In this document: one piece after another, positions 49,134 through 56,960 of the stretch | How positions within the stretch are numbered: position 1 is the first letter of the stretch | How the letters are laid out: each line of letters opens with the position of its first letter | NCBI GenBank assembly: GCA_017464565.1 | Contig: JAFTZH010000025.1 | Coordinates: 334-64,333, forward strand | Origin: Clostridia bacterium | Lineage (GTDB): Bacteria > Bacillota > Clostridia > Oscillospirales > CAG-272 | DNA length: 64,000 nucleotides | Direction: 5' to 3' | Notes under the pieces: generated by a model | The model's input: only the letters and a program-made list of their open reading frames with translations | Told to the model about the DNA's origin: nothing | The model's database searches: none | Made by a program: the position numbers and the translations under genes

Positions 49134-49170
49134 ATTACTGTTGCTTAAAAATCGTATCAATTTTATATTT

Positions 49171-49246
49171 GCTGGTGTAGCACAGTCGGTAGTGCAGCTG
49201 ATTCGTAATCAGCAGGTCGTGTGTTCGAGTCACATCACCAGCTCCA
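49171..49246 (+). tRNA. tRNA-Thr (anticodon CGT), CCA encoded; probable prophage attachment locus
   Basis: GCTGGTG/CACCAGC acceptor, GCAC/GTGC D stem, GCTGA-TTCGTAA-TCAGC anticodon arm, GTGTG-TTCGAGT-CACAT T arm, T, CCA. Confidence 0.9.
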
Positions 49247-49501
49247 CGCAAAAAGCTTTGCAAAGTCTTGAAATAAAGGCGCGCAGAGCTTTTTCTTTTG
49301 CGCGAAATCTTTCTTGCGATATACGCCAAAAATCGCGTAAAATCGGGACGGTTGGTATCGCTTTGATATCTTTTGAGGTGTCGAGAACGGACGAATTTCG
49401 GTTCTCTCTGTTGCAATTCTACCATAGCGGTAACAAAATGTCAATAGGGATATTCCAAATTTTTCAAAAAAATTTTGAAAATTTTTCTTTTGCGAAAAAT
49501 A

Positions 49502-49534
49502 AACCGCGGAGAATTATATCCGCGGTTCGTTTTT
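49502..49534. terminator. Hairpin terminator downstream of int
   Basis: aaccgcggagaattatatccgcggtt flanked by A/T runs on both sides. Confidence 0.6.
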
Positions 49535-49544
49535 TTATGATGTT

Positions 49545-50681
49545 TTACAAATCTTTTACGGCGTTTTTCAGCCATTCAACGTCGGTGTGGGTGTAGGTGT
49601 TCAAAGTCGTCTCTATCTGCTTGTGTCCGATAATGTCCTGAAGCGCTTTCGGGTCAACGCCCTTTTTCGCACATATCGACGCAAACGTGTGACGGCATAC
49701 GTGCGGATTGCGCTTTTTCAGATCCTCGTCGCTGTATCCCGCGTCCGAGAGGGCTTTGTAATATACTCTTTTTCTGAAATTATCGGGGTTGAACTTTGAA
49801 CCCGAAGCCGACGGGTAAAGATATTCGCCCTCCGAGCTTAACAGGCGTTCAAGGATAGGAAGCACCGCGTCGGGAACGGGAACGACTCTGTTTCTTCCTT
49901 TTTCGGTCTTGTTTCCTCCGTGGAGGCAGCCGTCGTAGAAGTCGGTCTTTTTCATAGACAGAAACTCGTCTATGCGAAGCCCCGTATAGCACATAAGCAA
50001 TATTACGCCTATACGCAAATCCCGCGTGTTCTCATAAAATTTCTTGAGATTATCAAGCTCCTCGTCAGTAAATCGCTCCTTCGGGGGCGATTTTTTTGCG
50101 GTTATCGTTACGAAAGAAGCGTAATCCTTATCTATGATATCGTTCTGAACGCCCCATTTGCATATCTTTGAGGCGAGCAGAGAGATTTTCGCTACCGTCG
50201 AATAGGATTTTCCTTGCTCTGCGGCGGAGTTTACAATCTGCTGAAAATGTTGAGTCTTGACTTCGGAAAGTCTTACGTCGGAGAGGGGCTTTAGAAATCT
50301 CCAAGCCGTCTCGTAGCTGTCAATACCCTTCGGTGAGAGGGTAGAGTAATGCGTATTGCTCCAAAGCTCGTATGCCTGCCCCACCGTTATCTTGAAGTCG
50401 GCAGAGAGGTGTCCTTTGATATTTATATTGTCAAGAGCTATCTCCGCCTCGGCGCGCGTGGCATAGCTCCCGTAAGTAACCCGCTTGCGTTCTCCATCTA
50501 TATCGACGAAGATACGTACTATCCACGGCTTCCGCCGTCTTCCGGAGAGACGGGTAACAGTACCCGTTCCGTTGGCTCTTTTTATCTTTTTTGCTTTTGG
50601 AGTTGATACGAGCTTTTTACCGCAGAAGCGGCAAAACGTGCTGTCGTTTTCTATTTCTTTTTTGCATTTGGAGCATATCAT
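49545..50681 (-). CDS. int: Tyrosine-type site-specific integrase with N-terminal zinc ribbon
   Basis: MICSKCKKEIENDSTFCRFCGKK; catalytic region ..TGLRIDE.., HVCRHTFAS, GHKQIETTLNTYTH (R..HxxR..Y). Confidence 0.93.
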   Translation of the reverse strand: MICSKCKKEIENDSTFCRFCGKKLVSTPKAKKIKRANGTGTVTRLSGRRRKPWIVRIFVDIDGERKRVTYGSYATRAEAEIALDNINIKGHLSADFKITVGQAYELWSNTHYSTLSPKGIDSYETAWRFLKPLSDVRLSEVKTQHFQQIVNSAAEQGKSYSTVAKISLLASKICKWGVQNDIIDKDYASFVTITAKKSPPKERFTDEELDNLKKFYENTRDLRIGVILLMCYTGLRIDEFLSMKKTDFYDGCLHGGNKTEKGRNRVVPVPDAVLPILERLLSSEGEYLYPSASGSKFNPDNFRKRVYYKALSDAGYSDEDLKKRNPHVCRHTFASICAKKGVDPKALQDIIGHKQIETTLNTYTHTDVEWLKNAVKDL

Positions 50682-51304
50682 AACGGCGCGGCTCCTCCTT
50701 TCATTGAGACGTTGTTATCTACGTTTGTATATCCGTCTCCCTTTTGACCCGACAGGTATTCAAAAAAATTTATATACAGTTCTTTTTCGAGAGGGCTTGA
50801 TAAAAATTTATTGCGTTTGTATAGCTCTTGCATACGGGACGCACGCACGTTGGCTACGCTTTGCGGAACTCTGCAAATATCCGCTATATCCTCGGGAGAG
50901 TACAGATTTAATTCCCAAAGCACGCACGCGGGGCAGAGAAGTCTTTCGGCAAACATATCCGCTTCCTGTTCGGCTCTCGGCTTTGAGCGAAATTCGTTGG
51001 CGTTCAGATATTTTACGCGCTTCAGCTCGTGTCCGAGAAAAATATGCCCCAGCTCGTGAGCGATAGTAAAGCGGGAGACGCTCGTAGGATTTTCGTCGTT
51101 ATAAATTATTATCCATTTACTTCCGTCAAAATATGATTTTCCGTTTTCTCCCGGCATAAGCTCGTTGACCGAGCTGTTTCGTATAACACGGATTTTTGCA
51201 AAGCGGGTGATTTTCAGTATATCGACGGGTAAGCTGCCGATATTGAAATCAATCAAGCATTTCCACGCGCTGTTTCGTATGTCTTTGTATGCTCCGTAGT
51301 ACAT
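50678..51304 (-). CDS. immA: ImmA/IrrE-family metallopeptidase (anti-repressor protease)
   Basis: HELGHIFLGHE HExxH motif; 4-nt overlap with int. Confidence 0.85.
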   Translation of the reverse strand: MYYGAYKDIRNSAWKCLIDFNIGSLPVDILKITRFAKIRVIRNSSVNELMPGENGKSYFDGSKWIIIYNDENPTSVSRFTIAHELGHIFLGHELKRVKYLNANEFRSKPRAEQEADMFAERLLCPACVLWELNLYSPEDIADICRVPQSVANVRASRMQELYKRNKFLSSPLEKELYINFFEYLSGQKGDGYTNVDNNVSMKGGAAPL

Positions 51305-51426
51305 ATAGATTCAAAAAATTGCCTTTCGTGCTTAATTGGCTTTTTTCAGCGTTAAGTTCTATTTTGCCATATTTTGCCGAAATTGTCAATACGTTATATT
51401 GAAAAATAGTCAATCGATCATTAAGA

Positions 51427-51458
51427 AATCCGCAGAGAAATAAATCGCTCTGCGGATT
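51427..51458 (-). terminator. Hairpin after the repressor gene
   Basis: aatccgcagagaaataaatcgctctgcggatt with flanking T/A runs. Confidence 0.55.
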
Positions 51459-51470
51459 TTGATATATTTT

Positions 51471-51941
51471 TTACATAAGCGGGTCGTCGGTCTCGGGCGC
51501 GTTTTCTATCTTTTTCCATTGGTCTTTGTTCATAACGACGAAAGCGTCCTGACGGTTATCGTCGGAATGTGCGGCGACGTAAAGGCTTACGTATTCGTCA
51601 TCGCTTTCCGACAGTCCGAGAAGCTTGTCAACCGCCGTTTGCATAGAGGGCTGTGAGCGGTAGGCGTTTATCAGCTTTATCTCGTGTCCCGTAAGCGACA
51701 AGGTAAGCCTGCCGCTCTCCGAATACGAGCCTTTCTCATCGGTTTGACAGAGAAGATAATCTGCCGATACGTCAAATATCCGCGCGAGTTTTTTTATCTT
51801 ATCTGCCGGTATCGTTCTTCCGCTTCTCTCGATATCGGTGAAATAGGTTCTGCTGCTCATACCTATCTGACGGCAGAGGTAGGAGAGGCTTCTGCCTTGT
51901 TCCTTTGCCAACTGTTTTATTCTTGAAACCGTAGTGTCCAT
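51471..51941 (-). CDS. XRE-family HTH repressor (ImmR/CI-like) with ~90-aa C-terminal domain
   Basis: RIKQLAKEQGRSLSYLCRQIGMSSRTYFTDIERSGRTIPADKIKKLARIFDVSADYLL. Confidence 0.85.
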   Translation of the reverse strand: MDTTVSRIKQLAKEQGRSLSYLCRQIGMSSRTYFTDIERSGRTIPADKIKKLARIFDVSADYLLCQTDEKGSYSESGRLTLSLTGHEIKLINAYRSQPSMQTAVDKLLGLSESDDEYVSLYVAAHSDDNRQDAFVVMNKDQWKKIENAPETDDPLM

Positions 51942-52106
51942 AGCCGTAAAAATCCTTTCCCGCCCTTTGAATTGCTAAAGAAATACCGTGTTTTATTGCG
52001 ATATTCACTTTGTTTTTTTCGGGCTGTTTGTAAAATCAGAGAGGGACGGGCGCAGGAATATTTTTTGTGCAAACCTACAAAAGTATGCAAATCTTACAAT
52101 TTGTTA

Positions 52107-52135
52107 TTGACAAGCTTACAAATGTAAGTTATAAT
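52107..52135 (+). promoter_or_regulatory. Consensus early (rightward) promoter of the prophage, with a palindrome in the spacer
   Basis: TTGACA (52107-52112), 17 bp, TATAAT (52130-52135); spacer contains CTTACAaaTGTAAG. Confidence 0.65.
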
Positions 52136-52381
52136 GTTTGCGTCAACTTTTGTTGACATATTTCGTCAAGCCCCGTGTCATCTTAAAACGAACAGATACT
52201 ATTTGTTTACTGACCGTTATCTCATTCACAAACATAATATCACGAATCGTTATCGTTGTCAACAATATTTTTCGTATTGCTGACAACGAAAGCTTTTGTG
52301 CATAGTCGTTTTGGTAACGAGAGGTATAACAGCTTGATTTAGCTATTATCGACAAAGTAATCGAGAAAGGAGAGTAGTAGT

Positions 52382-52576
52382 ATGTTAAATATCAAAAAAT
52401 ACCGCAAGAGACTCGGAATGACGCAGGCGGACGTTGCACAAAAGCTGAACGTTACAAAGTCCGCCGTCAGTCAGTATGAAACGGGCGCGAGAAATCCCGA
52501 TATTTTTATGCTGAAAAAGCTGTCTGATATTCTTGAATGTACAGCGGACGAGCTGCTTGAAACCATCAATTCGTAA
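52382..52576 (+). CDS. XRE-family HTH protein (Cro-like)
   Basis: 64 aa, KKYRKRLGMTQADVAQKLNVTKSAVSQYETGARNPDIFMLKKLSDIL; SD AAAGGAGAG. Confidence 0.85.
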   Translation: MLNIKKYRKRLGMTQADVAQKLNVTKSAVSQYETGARNPDIFMLKKLSDILECTADELLETINS

Positions 52577-52681
52577 GATGAGCGTATGAAAAGGAGGGCT
52601 TGACCGAAAAAACGCCGAAATCGAGAGGAGAGATATGAAAAAATCGTTTTACGCACGTAAAAATTTTTGAAAGGAGGAAAA

Positions 52682-52903
52682 ATGAAAAATACGGGTATCA
52701 CCGTAACCGTTCAGGAAGCGGCGGAAATGTTCAGAGACGCGGGAATATCAATATCTCTCGACGCTCTCAAGCAAGGAATAATACATAAAGAATTTCCCAT
52801 AGGCGTGGCTATAAAGCTGACGCAGTGGGTATTTATCATATACCGAAAGCAGCTTACGGATTATTTGCGCTCCGTGGGCGCGGAGGTAGCGGAGGAGGAA
52901 TAA
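52682..52903 (+). CDS. Small phage protein, unknown (possibly HTH/excisionase-like)
   Basis: SD AAAGGAGGA 5 nt before ATG 52682; 73 aa. Confidence 0.45.
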   Translation: MKNTGITVTVQEAAEMFRDAGISISLDALKQGIIHKEFPIGVAIKLTQWVFIIYRKQLTDYLRSVGAEVAEEE

Positions 52904-52905
52904 AA

Positions 52906-53154
52906 ATGAAGGATGAAAAAACCGAAAAAATAAAAGGCGAAGAGTATTCGGAAGACGGCGCGCGCCCCGCGCTTACGGGACGCTGGGTGCTTGACGCGAG
53001 CTATCGCGGAAAGGATAAGGCGGTCTACCGCTGTTCGCTGTGCGATCATTGGCAATCGGCAAAGAAGCGTCAGGATAAAATGTTTTATATGAACTACTGT
53101 CCGTTCTGCGGGGCGCGTATGACGCACGAAAAGGAGAGAGTTGAAAATGCTTGA
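52906..53154 (+). CDS. Small zinc-ribbon phage protein
   Basis: ATG 52906 after GGAGGAGGA; CSLCDHW...CPFCGARM. Confidence 0.5.
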   Translation: MKDEKTEKIKGEEYSEDGARPALTGRWVLDASYRGKDKAVYRCSLCDHWQSAKKRQDKMFYMNYCPFCGARMTHEKERVENA

Positions 53155-53389
53155 CAGAGAAACGATAACTCTTGCGGCAAAGCAGGGTATTCCCGTGCTT
53201 TACGATGACAGGGAGAGAGGCTTTTCGCTCGTAGGGCAGATAACCTCGATAATCGAGAGCTATCCCGACGGGAAAGAGGTATTGTCGGCGGAGGTACGAG
53301 ATATGCGGGCGGGGTGCGTTTATAAATGCAAGCCCGAGTATCTGAGTCTTTGGAGAGGCGTAACCGACGGAGTTTACGGAGGTGCGTAA
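53147..53389 (+). CDS. Phage hypothetical protein
   Basis: ATG 53147 after AAGGAGAGAG; 80 aa. Confidence 0.45.
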   Translation: MLDRETITLAAKQGIPVLYDDRERGFSLVGQITSIIESYPDGKEVLSAEVRDMRAGCVYKCKPEYLSLWRGVTDGVYGGA

Positions 53390-53508
53390 TGTGGGAGAGA
53401 ATAATAGGAATATCGGTCGGCGGCGCGGCGGCGTTTGCGCTTTGTATGCTTTTTCGGCGTATTGTCGAATACGGAGAGAGGCAGGGCGTCGTGCGAAAAA
53501 AGAAATGA
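53389..53508 (+). CDS. 39-aa single-TM phage peptide
   Basis: ATG overlaps the preceding TAA (TAATG), SD GGAGGTG; MWERIIGISVGGAAAFALCMLFRRIVEYGERQGVVRKKK. Confidence 0.4.
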   Translation: MWERIIGISVGGAAAFALCMLFRRIVEYGERQGVVRKKK

Positions 53509-53618
53509 CCGCAACGTTCGGCAAAACGCTGCGGTCAAGGTGCAATATAGATTTTGGACTATCTGAATTGCTTTTATATTATATCACGAATTTTACTAAA
53601 AATCAACAGGAGAAAAAT

Positions 53619-53924
53619 ATGAATATCAAGGTCATAGTAAAAAGTCCTATGAAAAAAGCCCGATACGTTTACGTACCCGATACGGCGGATAGCTTTAGCG
53701 GACTGCTTGGCGGGAGCGCGGAGAAGGCGAGGATAGCGTCCGATTGCTGTATTTTATACGGCAGAAGCGACGGTAAAGCCGAGCTTCCGTATAATTGCAG
53801 GATATGCGGAAACGATTTTTTCGGTACGATAGTTCTTTGCGGCGAGAGAGAGGGAGCTTTGTCCGGCTTTCCGCTGTCGCTGAGAACCGCTAAAAAATTA
53901 TTTCCCGCTCTGAAGGGAACCTGA
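53619..53924 (+). CDS. DUF3846-like phage protein
   Basis: ATG 53619 after CAGGAGA. MNIKVIVKSPMKKARYVYVPDTADSFSGLLGG..FFGTIVLCG resembles the DUF3846 pattern, from memory only. Confidence 0.45.
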   Translation: MNIKVIVKSPMKKARYVYVPDTADSFSGLLGGSAEKARIASDCCILYGRSDGKAELPYNCRICGNDFFGTIVLCGEREGALSGFPLSLRTAKKLFPALKGT

Positions 53925-53925
53925 T

Positions 53926-54804
53926 ATGGCGCGCCCGTTAAGCGACGGGGTAAGCTACTTTCCGAAGGATACGGATTTTTATTCGGACGACAAGATACGC
54001 CTTCTGCGCGCGGAGTTCGGGGCGAAAGGAATGTATCTTCTCGACTACGTTCTCTGTGAGATATATAAAAAAGACGGATATTTTATGAAATGGGACAGAA
54101 GCAAGTGCTACCTTGTGTCAGACGGTGCGGGATGCGGTTGCAGTCCGTCCTTTGCGGACGAGCTTATAGCCGGCTGTATCAGGTGCGGTATCTTTGACAA
54201 AACCGTGTTTGATAAGTACGGCGTGCTGACGTCGGCGGGTATCCAGCGGCGGTACGTGAGAATGTTCAACGGACGCGATTATATAAGGATAATAAAGGAA
54301 TACTTTCTGCTCAACGTCGAGGATAGAAAGGACGTGTCGAGGGGTATTCTTGAAAAATGCGTCTTTATGAGCGAGAGCGTCAGGGAAAACTCCGATAAAA
54401 TCAAAGAAAACCCCGATAAGAATAAAGAAAACCGACAAAGTAAAGCAGAAGAAAGCAAAGTAAAGGTATATGAAAGCAAAGAGAGCGGAAAGCGCGAAAG
54501 AGAGAGGGATTCCGCAAAGCTTTGCGCCTTTGGAAGCTTCGGCAACGTGCTTTTGTCGGAGGATGAGAAGGGCGAGATAGTATCACGCTACGGAAAGGCG
54601 GTTGCCGAGGAGCTGATAGAAAGCTTCTCAAGAAAGATAAAGAGCAAGGGATATAAGATAAAGGACCACTGCGCCACGATACTTCTCTGGGCGGAGAAGG
54701 ACGGCGTAAAAAAGAAAAACGGAAGCTTTGATGCCGACGATTTTTTTGACACGGCGGTAAAGAGAGCCGAAAAAGAGCTTGCGAAGCAGACTAAAAAGAG
54801 GTGA
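53926..54804 (+). CDS. DUF4373 (Lin1244/Lin1753-like) phage replication-associated protein
   Basis: SYFPKDTDFYSDDKIRLLRAEFGAKGMYLLDYVLCEIYK is the characteristic N-terminal domain; K/E-rich repeat linker. Confidence 0.7.
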   Translation: MARPLSDGVSYFPKDTDFYSDDKIRLLRAEFGAKGMYLLDYVLCEIYKKDGYFMKWDRSKCYLVSDGAGCGCSPSFADELIAGCIRCGIFDKTVFDKYGVLTSAGIQRRYVRMFNGRDYIRIIKEYFLLNVEDRKDVSRGILEKCVFMSESVRENSDKIKENPDKNKENRQSKAEESKVKVYESKESGKRERERDSAKLCAFGSFGNVLLSEDEKGEIVSRYGKAVAEELIESFSRKIKSKGYKIKDHCATILLWAEKDGVKKKNGSFDADDFFDTAVKRAEKELAKQTKKR

Positions 54805-55028
54805 TAGAAACGTCAGATTTTCGGGATAAATACGCCAAGTGTCCTTTTTACGTAGGTCAGGACACGAGGAAAATACACTGCAACGGATTTTTAAAGGAAA
54901 ACCACATACATATTTCCTTCGATACGAGTGCGGGGAAAACGGAGCACGCGGATAAATTCTGCAATCGGATATTCGGGTGCTGCAAATGCCCGCTGTATAT
55001 TATGCTTTCAAGCAATATCGAGGAATAA
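54801..55028 (+). CDS. Cys-rich 75-aa phage protein, unknown
   Basis: GTG start in a GTGA overlap with the preceding stop; CPFY..HCNG..FCNRIFGCCKCP. Confidence 0.4.
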   Translation: MIETSDFRDKYAKCPFYVGQDTRKIHCNGFLKENHIHISFDTSAGKTEHADKFCNRIFGCCKCPLYIMLSSNIEE

Positions 55029-55033
55029 GCCCT

Positions 55034-55068
55034 GCGGAGAGGAAACAAAACCTCTCCGCTTTTCGTTT
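55034..55068 (+). terminator. Hairpin + T-run between the early and packaging modules
   Basis: gcggagaggaaacaaaacctctccgc + ttttcgttt. Confidence 0.65.
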
Positions 55069-55137
55069 AGGGGTGTTACTTTCGGATAATTCGTTATTGT
55101 ATCATATACGCAAAGGCTGTCGGAAGGGAGGTTTTTG

Positions 55138-55557
55138 GTGGTTTCGGCAGATTGGAATACTATTAAGGCGGAGTATATAACCGACGATACCTCAAGCTAT
55201 CGCAAGCTTGCTCAAAAATACGGTGTTTCGCGCGCCACGCTTGAGCATCGGGCGAAGGTTGAGGGGTGGTCGGACAGCAAAAGGCAACATAAAGGCAAGG
55301 TTATGGCAGAAACGCTGAAAAACGTCAAGAAAGAGGAAGTAAACAGAGTAACGAGGCTGCTGTCGGTTTCGGACAAATTGCTCTCCCGCATAGAGAAAAT
55401 AGTTGCCGACGACGACTGCGAAATATCTCCCGCGACTATTGATATTCTCGCCAAATCCTTGAAAAATATCAAGGAGGTTCAGAGGAATGAGAAGGAGGAC
55501 GAGAGGACGCAGATAAAGGTTATCTTCGGGGATAGCGGCGAGGATTATTCGATATGA
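55138..55557 (+). CDS. terS: Terminase small subunit
   Basis: GTG 55138 (or TTG 55135) after GGGAGG. DWNTIKAEYITDDTSSYRKLAQKYGVSRATLEHRAKVEGW HTH; directly precedes terL. Confidence 0.75.
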   Translation: MVSADWNTIKAEYITDDTSSYRKLAQKYGVSRATLEHRAKVEGWSDSKRQHKGKVMAETLKNVKKEEVNRVTRLLSVSDKLLSRIEKIVADDDCEISPATIDILAKSLKNIKEVQRNEKEDERTQIKVIFGDSGEDYSI

Positions 55558-56960
55558 CGGTGAATTACCGAATGAGCGCCCCCAACGAGAAGCAAAGGCT
55601 GTTTTTTCTCGATACTCACAAGTACGTCGGATACGGAGGGGCGCGGGGCGGCGGAAAATCCTGGGCGATAAGAAGAAAGCTCGCGCTTTTGTGTCTGCGC
55701 TACGCGGGCATAAAGTGCGGGATATACAGACGGACTTATCCCGAGCTTCGCAACAACCACGTCGTGCCTCTGCTTCGCGAGCTGGTCGGAGTTGCCGATT
55801 ATAACGAATCCAAAAAGATTTTTCTTTTTCCAAACGGCTCGACGCTTCAGCTCTGCTACGCCGATAATCAGAACAAGCTCAATCAGACCTTTCAGGGACA
55901 GGAATACGACGTGCTCGCGATAGACGAGGCAACGCAGATACCCGAGGAATGGTTCTCGATAATAAGAGCCACGGTCAGAGGCGTAAACCCTTTTCCGAAA
56001 AGAATGTATATTACCTGCAATCCCGGTGGCGTCGGGCATACCTGGGTGAAGCGGCTGTTTATAGACAGAAAATTTTCCGACAGAGAGAATCCCGACGATT
56101 ACAGCTTTATCCAGGCTCTTCCGACCGATAACAAGGCTCTTATGGAGAGCGACCCCGATTACGTCGGAAAGCTTGAGGCGCTTCCGCCCAAGCTTCGCCG
56201 CGCGTGGCTCGAAGGCTCGTGGGATATATTCGACGGACAGTTTTTCGAGGAATTTACCGACGCTCCCGAGCATTACGGGGACAGGCTTTATACTCACGTT
56301 ATAGAGCCGTTTGAGATACCCGCGTCCTGGGAGATATACCGTTCGTTCGACTGGGGCTATTCAAAGCCGTTTTCCTGCGATTGGTGGGCGGTGGATGGGG
56401 ACGGAAGAGCCTATCTTATATTGCAGATGTACGGCTGCGGCGGCAGCGCTGACGAGGGCGTGAAATGGTCTTCGGACAAGGTTTTTTCCGAGATAGCGAG
56501 AGTCGAGCGCGAGCACAGATGGCTTGTCGGAAAGAGTATAAGAGGAGTTGCCGACAGCGCCATATGGGCGTCGGACGGAGGCGAGGCGATAGTCGAGAGC
56601 GCGGAGAGGCACGGAGTGTATTTTGAAAAATCCGATAAAACGAGGATAGCGGGCTGGATGCAGATGCACTACCGTCTGGCATTCGACGAGACGGGCAGAC
56701 CGATGATGTATTTTTTCAATACCTGCCGGCACGCGATAAGAACGCTGCCTCTTTTGGAGTATTCAAAGACCGTTCCCGAGGACCTTGATACCACGGGAGA
56801 GGATCATTTTGCCGATTCGGCGCGGTACTTTTGTATGATGAGGCCGATAAGGGCGGCTGCCAAAGCCGAGGAGTACGGGCGCAGAGCGGATCCGCTCGAT
56901 CAGTTCAAGGAGACGGGCGGTAAAATATATTCATATCACGGAAGTATAAGGAGGTATTGA
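55554..56960 (+). CDS. terL: Terminase large subunit
   Basis: GGARGGGKS Walker A, YDVLAIDEA Walker B, C-terminal nuclease-like region with GEDHFADSARY. Confidence 0.9.
   Translation: MTVNYRMSAPNEKQRLFFLDTHKYVGYGGARGGGKSWAIRRKLALLCLRYAGIKCGIYRRTYPELRNNHVVPLLRELVGVADYNESKKIFLFPNGSTLQLCYADNQNKLNQTFQGQEYDVLAIDEATQIPEEWFSIIRATVRGVNPFPKRMYITCNPGGVGHTWVKRLFIDRKFSDRENPDDYSFIQALPTDNKALMESDPDYVGKLEALPPKLRRAWLEGSWDIFDGQFFEEFTDAPEHYGDRLYTHVIEPFEIPASWEIYRSFDWGYSKPFSCDWWAVDGDGRAYLILQMYGCGGSADEGVKWSSDKVFSEIARVEREHRWLVGKSIRGVADSAIWASDGGEAIVESAERHGVYFEKSDKTRIAGWMQMHYRLAFDETGRPMMYFFNTCRHAIRTLPLLEYSKTVPEDLDTTGEDHFADSARYFCMMRPIRAAAKAEEYGRRADPLDQFKETGGKIYSYHGSIRRY

Noticed and set aside
49247-49544. attL core / direct repeat of the tRNA-Thr 3' end
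   Set aside because: I found no second copy of the tRNA 3' segment within the window. The right prophage end is outside the window, so att sites cannot be defined here.
52143-52355. 70-aa minus-strand ORF inside the prophage switch region (also 51799-52008)
   Set aside because: It has no SD, lies in the leader and operator region between divergent regulators, and has low-complexity composition.
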